From the human T2T-CHM13v2.0 reference genome, Homo sapiens: a stretch of DNA of 64,000 bases. Below are positions 55,198-64,000 of the stretch, one piece after another. The stretch is taken from NCBI RefSeq assembly GCF_009914755.1, contig NC_060931.1; one strand, 5' to 3'. The notes beneath the pieces were generated by a model that had not been told where the DNA came from, searched no databases, and saw nothing but the letters and a program-made list of their open reading frames with translations. A program made the translations under genes and the position numbers. Each line of letters starts with the position of its first letter. The first letter of the stretch is position 1.

Positions 55198-56574
55198 CTA
55201 TCAATTTTAAAGTCAGTTGAAGGCTAGGCTGTGTACTGCTTCCTGTGGCACTCAGCAAAATATTTTGTACAGATTTAGTAATCAATGAATATTTTTGATT
55301 AAATAAAATGTACCACGTCTCTTCCCCCCCCTCCCCCCCGGAGAAGGAATTTCAGCACAGCAGTTTTCTTACACCATGTAACAGGTGTGTTGTTTCTGAT
55401 TTTACCTTTTTTGCTGAATTGAGAACAGGTGTGCCATTTCAGACATTTCTCCAGTTGCATATTTAGTAGTAAAATAAATACAATGAGTATTTTATATTAA
55501 TGTAAAAAATAGTTTTATGTTAAATGACATATGAACATATCTACAGTGACTTAGAGATTGTGAATCATTTCACTACAGTCTTAATTTCTAAGTTAAATCC
55601 AGCAGCTTGCATGTGCTACCTCAAGATTAATTAAGAAAGACGTATGAAAATAAGATTATTTGGTTAGCAAAAAGTCATAGAATTTTAGAGCTAGAAGAGA
55701 ATTTAGAGATTGCTAAGATTTGTGATTTCTTATATTAATAAATTGAAGGCCATAAATGTTATTGGCTTGCCAAGTTTCTTACAAATATATTTAGTAATCT
55801 CTTACCAGTCTTGATAGTTACACTTCTAAAAATTCTGTGTTTACCAAAGTCATTATTAGAAAATCAAATAGTTAATTTTAAAAGGAAATCGAGAAAAAAA
55901 GTAATAAGACTGCATAATTCACAACAGCTTATGATGTCTTCATTTAAAAATTAATCAGATTCATGGTAGGAAAGAGCCACTCAAGTAGCTACCCTTTCTT
56001 AAGCATTATCTCTTCAGAGTATTCATGAATACAGTCCCATGATCTCCTGAGGCAGATTGCAATACAACTTTTCAGGTAAAAGTTGGACCAATTTTTGAAT
56101 TTTATAAACCAGATCCTACTACTTTGAACTGAATGACTTTTGGATTTGTATATGCTTTGTTTTTTGTCATTTTTCCTGATCTGGATAAATTACATGTGTA
56201 ATCCTCCAGTGTTTGAAAAATATTAGCAGTTAATATTGATATATTTAAGTGTACCATATATTCTTTTCTAGGCCTTAATTTCTATCATGTAAAGAGAGGT
56301 TTTTTTGCCTTCTTTAGAAATTTCAAAAATATATCTACATGGACAAATGAGCAGAAATTATCACTGTGGTTTGTTAGTAAGGGAATTAGAGAAAATCACT
56401 GTAAAAAGACCATATGTTTTAGCATTATGGTCAACAGGCATAAAACCAAGTTTTCTCAAAACTTCATTGAAGAGAAATAACAGTACATGGACAAGTAGGT
56501 CATAGCATACATTTCTTCACTCAGTCCAATGTTCTCAAATTGCACCTTTATATTTTAGCTTATGAAAGTGTTTT

Positions 56575-56700
56575 TAATAGATACTAGTTATAGTATATAA
56601 TACATCTATAGTAGATACTGTATAATAGATATACTATTATATACTAGCTATATAAGTTATATAACTATATAAGTTATAGTACATAGTATATAATAGATAC
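56575..56700. repeat. TA-rich low-complexity repeat
   Basis: tatagta/tataag/atact degenerate units. Confidence 0.8.
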
Positions 56701-59122
56701 TTAGTTCAGAGAAGATAAGGTCTGCCTTCCTCTCTTGTTCTCTCTCTCTTCTTCTTCTTCTTTTTTTTTTTGTACAAAAGATTGGTCCAAAAAGATTAGC
56801 TAAGACATTTATTAATATGGAGTGTTATTTACTCAAACTAGGGCTCTCATAGGCGTTGAGTGGATAGATAGTTTTGTGTGTGCTAGATACATCAGTTTAC
56901 TTGAAAAGATTGGAAATAAATAACAGGAAATTGGTTGGTGCTTAGATAATTATTGGAAAGCAAAAAATAAAATTAAGCTAGGAAAATAATAAGAATCCTT
57001 TATTCTCTGCTTCCACTCAGGGTGAATCAGGACCAGTGCAATAAATCACCCTCAATACTTCCTGTGAATGGCAACTGCTGAAGGGAAGCTTCTGCCTCTC
57101 ATCATACACTGCCTCAGGGGGGAACAAAATAGATCATTACAATGGAGGCCAAAGAGTGGTAAGAAAGTTCTACTTATTTTTATACCTACTTATTTTTATT
57201 TTATACCTCTAAATAATTTGTACATGTTGGTTAAGTATGGAGAATTGAATGGGGTTAAAACTAATTGTTGTTTCTAATTTCATAAAAATATTCCAATTAT
57301 GGCAACATCTAGCTGTGTGTTAAAAATTATTTAAAATAAATTCCAAGATATTCTTTTATTGCTTGAATGGAAAATGTTCAGGGCCTTATCTGCTATCCAG
57401 TATAATCTTGTCATTTTTGTGGCCACTTATGCTACAACTTTAAGTTTTTAGGATTTCCATTAAAAAAAAAACTGCTTTTCAAGAATGGGAGTAAACTTTT
57501 CATTTTGCCTTGAGCCACGGCCAACTGACAAAGTATTTATTTTTGTTCTTAAAAATATATACATTGACTTATTTTGGAAAATAACCAACTTTCATGTTTT
57601 GGCTTGAAAAAGTTTCTTTTTTTCCTAATTTAAACCCATACACGTAAATACACACCTTCTCTGATTGAGAATAAAAAACATTGGAAAAAGAAGTTATTTA
57701 TGTCTCACTGCAAAAAGTTATATCCATATTGGTTTTTAGACTTGAAAATGAAGAATGAGAACAGTCAAAACAACAACAAAACAGCTTAATGTTTAGTTAG
57801 CTCCTTCATTTTACAACTGAAGAAACAGGTTACAGAAAGGTTATTGGTGCTGGAAAGGAATCAGTGGCTATTCACCTCCAGACCTATGGAAAATAAAAGA
57901 CACAAAGGATCCTTGCCATCAGCTATATTGTGGTGTCTTTAGACAATAGGACCAGAATTATGTAATAGCTTCATTATATTTTATGTCATTTAGGATTATT
58001 TTAAAAATGTGAAGACAAAATAAATCTGTAATTTAGAGAAAATGTGCTTACATAATATATTTTAGAACATCCAAATACAGCAATAAAAAAATAAAGTAAA
58101 ATGACTTAAGAAGGAAAATGGCTTAAAAATACAATGAAATAAATTGAAATGGCTTAGTGACTACGTGAGGTTGTCACTCTTTACATTAAAAAATTTGTTT
58201 TAACCTTGCGGAACAACTTTTAAAATAGTAGCTACATAACTTAATTTGGGCACACATTTATAGATTACAAACTTATTAGCAAGGAGTTTTGGGGAGAAAA
58301 GATTAGAATTTATTGTCAAGTATGTCCAAAAGAAAAAAAATAGAAAAAAAACCTCCTGAAATTATACCAGCACAAGAATAGAATTAGATTTAAATAAAAA
58401 TTTAAGCAGTACATCTGTTAAGGAAAGTGAAATATGATGGCACTTAACTATTGATTCTTTTGTGGGAACCATGAATTGTGTTTACAATAATGTTATGTTT
58501 CAATTACACTTTTTAAAAATAAAAGGTTTATGCCTTTAAAAAGGAAGAAGACTCTCAAGAGCAAGATGTCAAATTACAGGAGCAGAACTACACGAAAGAA
58601 AGATCCCCTGCAAGGTGGATAATCACCTGATTATAGAAATTAGGAAAATAAATTAAACATGTTTTACTAAATTAACTTTTTAAATTAAAAAGTTACAAAG
58701 GATATAGGTTTTAATAGAGTGAAGTAAAGCACATACGACATGGTATTTTAGGCTTTCCTTTTTCTTTTGTTATCTTTTAGTGGCAGGTCTAGTTAATTGT
58801 TATAAATATATACAGGCCCTGTATGAGAAGGCAATACTATAGGTGAAAATAATTAAAGCAGTCCCTGGTTACAAACAGAATACTTTTTTTTTCAGTTTAT
58901 CACTAGCATTTCATAAGGCTATTAATGATTCAGGAGCCCAAAGATTTTAAAATCTTTCAACATTATGTATAGATGAAAGTAAGTTACGTTTTGAAAGTAT
59001 AAAGGGAAACCTAAGACAAATGACTGATAACAAAGAATTCCAGTGGCTTTGGGTTCTTTGTATTTTCTTAGATCTTCAACTGTAGTATATACTGAAAGAT
59101 TACAAATTATGAATGTTAATAA

Positions 59123-60560
59123 TCATGGCAGCGGCAGCCCGTCCGGGATGGCCACTGAGAAGATGTCGGCTAATATGGGGGCGGTACAGAGGGGCTGCGT
59201 GCTCCGCGGAGCCAGTGGGGGCCTCTCCCACTTCCAGGTCCTCTGGGCCGGAGCCCGGTGTTTCCCCGCACAGCTATAGCTGCCCAGCTGTGGTTCCAGA
59301 CCCTGGCATACCTGGGCTACTGGGGGCTGGGAGCTGGCAGGAGCCCCGCCTCCTACCTAGTTGGTGGAATGGTAGCCCCTCACTCCCTGGTGCAGCTGCA
59401 GTTGCATAGCCAAGGCTACAAACCTGGGCACCTCTGCACCCTTGGGGTCCTGGGAAGCCACCCGTATCCCGCAGGTTCCCTGCTTCCATTACCTGGGTTC
59501 CTCTGCTCCCAGCACCTGCTCTGATTTCAGATCAAAGTTGAGGATGAGCTCAGGCGCTGTGGCGACCTGGCCGGTTGCGCGCACACTCAGGGCAGCACTG
59601 ATATGCCAGCCCCCTGCTGCCTCAGCCCCCTCCAGACTTTGGGTGCTGACTAGCATGGGAGGGAGGCTGCTGGAGATGCCGAAGGCAGCTCAGGGTGGGC
59701 CTGCAGGCACCCGTAGACATGAACAGTCTGGGTGCCCTGGATGACATGTAGATGGCAGCAGGAGGCAGACAGGCTCCTGGGCAGAAAGGGGTGGATCCCT
59801 GGTGAAGCCTCACCTTCAGGCGAGAAATGGCCTATGGCATGGGGACCAGGCTGTAAGTTCCAGGTGGAGTCTGTGGCTTGAAGTGAAAACTTCTGGTGCT
59901 TTTTCCAGGCCTTCCCATGGCCACCCATAGACCAATTAGCATGCACGGCCTCCTATCTGAAACCTATAAAGCCACCCCCACCCCCGACTCAGCCAGACTC
60001 ACAAAGACGTCCGAACGACCTGCCTGCAGATAGGAGCTACACACTCACTCAGGATCTCCTCTTTGCTAAGAACTGCATATTCCTTCGGATGACCTGCCAG
60101 TGGAAAGGAGCTACCCACTTCAGGCCTCCTGAGAGCTGTGCTGTTGCTTTATAAAGCACCTCTTGCCTTTGCTCACCCTCCAGTTTTCTGTGTACCTCAG
60201 TCTTCCTAGATGCGGGACAAGAACTTGGAATCTGCTGAATGGTGGGAATGAAAGAGTTGTAACACAAACAGGGCTGAAACAGACACCCCCCTCCCCTACC
60301 GCTGACTCGCCATATTGCAAATGACAAAGAGAGCAGAGCTGCAGCCCTTCGGAAAGCCCAGACCTAGCTCATGCACCCCTTGCCACTCCACACCTGGCTC
60401 ACCCTTGTAGATCCGGGCTGGCAGCATGAGCCAGGCACAGCCTGCCAGGCCGAGTGGATGGTGGAAGGAGCCCAGCAGGCCTGAGCAAAACTTAGGCAAA
60501 GGTGCCACTGGCCGTAGAGACTTCAGGCTGGAAAAGTGACACCCTAAGGATCCTAGGACA
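59123..60560 (+). mobile_element. MER52(A)-type ERV1 solo LTR, GC/CpG-rich
   Basis: t.atggcagcggcagcccgtcc...ggaccaattagcatgcac...cctataaa...ccctaaggatcctaggaca; 4-bp TSD ataa (59119-59122 / 60561-60564). Confidence 0.88.
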
Positions 60561-60629
60561 ATAATTTATTATCTTAAATAATGGGATATATTTTGTATGA
60601 CACATATATGATATCCTATGAATTTCAGT

Positions 60630-60834
60630 CAGGGTTGTGCTGGTTAATGTTCAAAAACCTATTTTTCAGGAGAAAAGCATCCATGATTTTTTGTTGATTT
60701 CTAGGGTGTAAATACTCCCAGCAAAGCCACTTTTTAACTGTCAGCAAGGCATCTTCAAATACTGAGTTGGAAGTAGATATGGAACATACCATGGGCTCTC
60801 AAAAGCAGGCGTAAGTCTACTCCAGCAACCCCTG
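60630..60834. mobile_element. MER63-like hAT MITE
   Basis: Imperfect TIRs cagggttgtgctgg / ccagcaacccctg; gtgtaaatactccca core. Confidence 0.7.
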
Positions 60835-61484
60835 ATCTTAACTCACCATCCATGCTTTTCTGTACCTAGATTATCTTACCATTAGGTCTGGGCACAAAAA
60901 CTTAATTCACCTATGTAATTTCTACATGATTTTGTTAATTACATTTTTGCTTAAGATGAAATGATCAGTACCTATGGCACCTTAATAACTTCACAAAGTC
61001 ATTGAGCTAGAAAATTGTATACATGATTGAGATGCAGAGTGGCCTTTTGAAATTTTAATATAACATACTCATTTGCTTGAGAAAAAAAATTATTTTGTAA
61101 TAAGACTTCATCTATTACACAGAGATGTGGTACACAGTAAAGAAGTAAACAGCTAATTTTTGGTGCAACTAACTTCATTTGTATGTTATCATTGTTCCCA
61201 CTTCTTCACTATCAGTGTTTTCCAGGCTCTGTGTTTGACCCTTAAATCATATAATTCTACACACCCAGAACATTAAAATAAAATTAGGAAACTGGCTTTA
61301 ATCACTACATGAAATCCTTTGGTATCAATATGTTCTGATTTTATCCTTAGCCTTAATTTTTTTGCCTCTTCTGCTGTTATATTTTTTCTAGTTTTATATG
61401 TTGTATCCAAAATCCCTTAAAATCACTTTGTAACTTATAAGGAGAGGTATAAGTATACAAATTAAGTTAAAAACCTTTCTCATA

Positions 61485-61945
61485 CAGATGATCCTCATTA
61501 CTTATGGATCGTATATTTGCAAAATTTGCCTATTCACTAAAAGTTGTTTGTAACCTTCATGTCAACACTCATGTTTTCACAGTTATTTGTGAAATGCACA
61601 GAACTGTGACAAATTTGAGTCACCTGATGCAAATGTTCCCAGATGACATCAAATAAGGTGACACCATGCCTTTCTTGCTTCAGGTCTCAGACTATAGAAC
61701 AAGTATCTTTTTCAAGATGTACTTAATGCCAGGTTTTCACATTTTAATGCTTCTTGGGGCAATTTTGTTGTTTAAAATGGCCAACAAGAGTAGTACTGAA
61801 GTACTCTCTGGTGTTCCTAAATATAGGAAGACTGTGCTGTGTCCTAATGAGAAAATACATGTGCCACATAAACTGTTCAGGCATGAGTTATGTGCAGTTG
61901 GCTGTGAGCTCAATGTGAATTAATTGATAATAGAGTACATATAAG
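61485..61945 (+). mobile_element. MER82-like TcMar-Tigger DNA transposon fragment
   Basis: ta|cagatgatcctcattac...atttgcaaa.tttgcctattcactaaaa..tttgtaacc; preceded by TA. Confidence 0.7.
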
Positions 61946-62198
61946 AATGTGTTTGGCCCTGTACTCACAAGGTTTATTATTTACTCATAAGGTTTATAAT
62001 CTATTTGTTGAATTTCTATTTAAATGAGATACTTAGGGTTATTTTAAATTATATTTTCACTATTGCTTAAGCTGATCATTTTAAAATTATAATCTTCCTA
62101 GTTAGGAAAATGGAAATTGGAGCAAGAGTTAGTGGAAAAATCATAAAAAAAAGTCTTCATTCCATTTCTGCAACATCATACAACAAGAATTGGCCCAG

Positions 62199-64000
62199 AG
62201 GCAGTGGAGCAAGATAGTGGAATAGAAGCCAGCACCGTTCATAACCTGTGCTGTAACACCAAATTTTAACAACTATCTGCACACAGAAAAGTACAATCAT
62301 GAGAACCAAAAATTAGGTGAGCAATCACAGTACTGGTTTTAACTTCGTATCATTGAAAGAGGCATTGAGGAGGTTCTGAGAGACAGTCTTGAACCACAGA
62401 TGCCACCACAGAGTATGTACATTTGGCGGAAAAATAGCACAGTGAATGGGGGTTATTACCTTGAACTCAGTTTTGCCATGTCATAGCAGAGAACAAAGCT
62501 GAACTGAGCTCAGCCAGTGACCACACACAGAGGGAGCATTTAGACCATATCTAGCCAGAGGAGAGTCATCCATTCCATTGGTCAGAACTTGAGTTTCTTG
62601 GAAAGTCTCACAACCACAGGTCAAAGTGCTCTGGGTCACTAAACAAACTGAAAAGGCACTCTAGCACTCAGGGACTGATTCCTAGGCAACTCCTTGTGCT
62701 GGGCTGAAAGCCAGAGGACTAGGGTGGCATGTGACCTAGGGAGACACTAGCTGAGGTAGCTAAAGAAGGGCTTGCATCACTCTAACCCAACTCCAAGCTG
62801 TGGAGCTCGCAACAACAAAAGTGTCTCCTTCCTTCTGCTTAAGTGGAAGAAAGCAAAGACTGGAAAGGATTTTGTCTTGCATCTTGGATACCAGCTCAGT
62901 CACAGTAGGACAGGGCATCTGGCAGAGTCGTGAGACCCTTATTCCAGGCCCTAGGGATTCATCACTGTTGACTAAACAGCCCCTGGGCCCTGAGTAACCA
63001 CCAGTGATACCCAGGTAGTATGCCATGGGCCTTGTGCTCTAAGGCATGCTGGCTACAGGTGTGATCCAGCATGTTACTGGTTGTGATGGCTACAGTGAAA
63101 GACTCCTTCTGTTTGAGAAAAGCAGAGGAAAAATTAAATGGGACTTTGTCTTGCACTTTTGCTACCAGCTTGGCTACAGTGGGGTAGAGCAACATGGAGG
63201 TTTTGGGGTCCTTGAGTTTAGGGCCAGATTCTTGGACAGCACTTCTAGACCTGACCTGGGCCAGTGGTTAGCCCACTACCCTGAAGGGTGAGTCCCAGAC
63301 CTGACAGTATTCACCACAAGCTGATTGAAGAGCGCTTGAGCTTTAAGTGAACTTCGGTGGTGGCCTGGAAGAACTTCCTTGTGGGCCTATGGTGGTGGTG
63401 CCCACAGGAGAGGCTCCTCTGTCTGTGGAAAGGGGAGGGAAAAGCTGGAAAGACTTTATATTGTGGTTTGAGTGGCAGCTTAGCCACGGCACAATATAAC
63501 ATCAAACAAATTTTTAAAGTTTTTGACTCTAATACCTGGCTTCCCGAGAGCATATGTGGACCCACCTGGGCCTGGGAGAACTCACTGCCCTGAAGGAAGG
63601 GCACAAACACGGATGGCTTAGACACCTACTGATTGTAAAGCCCTAGGGCCTTCAGTGAACACAGGTGGTAGCAAGTAGTAGTTACAACAGGTCTTGGGCA
63701 AGTTCCAGTGCTGTCCTGGCTCAGGTCTGACCCAGTGCAGTGTCAGTGGTGGTGGCCACATGTGTGCTTGAATCACTACACCCCCAGTTCCATGTGGCTC
63801 AGCAGAGAGAGAGAGAGAGAGACTCTGTTTGGGGAAATTAGGATGGAAGAATAAGTGTCTCTGTCTGGCAATCTAGAGAATCCTGGAATTTATCCAAGAC
63901 CACAAAGGCAGTACCTCTACCAGCGTGAAAAACCACAGCAATATTGAGGCCTAATTCTCTTTGAATACCTGGAAAGCCTTCTCAAGGAAAATGGTGACAA
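62199..64000 (+). mobile_element. Old L1 (L1M/L1PB-type) 5'UTR, continuing past window end
   Basis: gagcaagatagtggaatagaag start motif; internal repeated gactttgtcttgca...ccagct..gc.acagt units; ends gaatacctggaaagccttctcaagg. Confidence 0.82.

Noticed and set aside
56018-56075. Possible plus-strand exon (ctcttcag...cag|gtaaaa)
   Set aside because: Stops in all frames, modest splice signals and no supporting partner exons.
59043-60508. Cluster of overlapping 60-100 aa ORFs and CpG-island-like composition suggesting a gene 5' end
   Set aside because: Entirely within the GC-rich MER52 LTR bounded by a TSD; the scarcity of stop codons follows from GC content.
62850-63500. Spaced repeated units resembling an array
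   Set aside because: Degenerate internal repeats of an old L1 5'UTR; no CRISPR-like repeat-spacer regularity, and the context is eukaryotic.

Overview
Primate (very likely human) AT-rich genomic DNA dominated by interspersed repeats: old and young L1s, about nine Alus/FLAMs, MaLR LTRs (MST, MLT1, THE1 including one full-length provirus), ERV1-class LTRs (MER50, MER4, MER52), an ERV-L remnant with a recognisable dUTPase fragment, L2/MIR and two DNA-transposon MITEs. I find no intact protein-coding gene; the supplied ORFs are almost all repeat-derived or random. The one host-gene-derived element is a DYNLL1 (LC8) processed pseudogene at about 16998-17628. Its 5'UTR+CDS is inverted relative to its 3'UTR/poly(A), and it shows a 12-bp target-site duplication and junction microhomologies consistent with L1 twin priming. 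Other points of note are a three-level nest (L1>MER4>THE1), a hairpin-rich templated-insertion scar at about 33.6 kb, an AT-rich palindromic minisatellite at about 29 kb, an isolated 13-bp hairpin at 35.6 kb and a ~345-bp polypurine Alu tail. Repeat subfamily names come from recalled consensus motifs, not a database search, and many boundaries are approximate. I found no convincing previously undescribed system.
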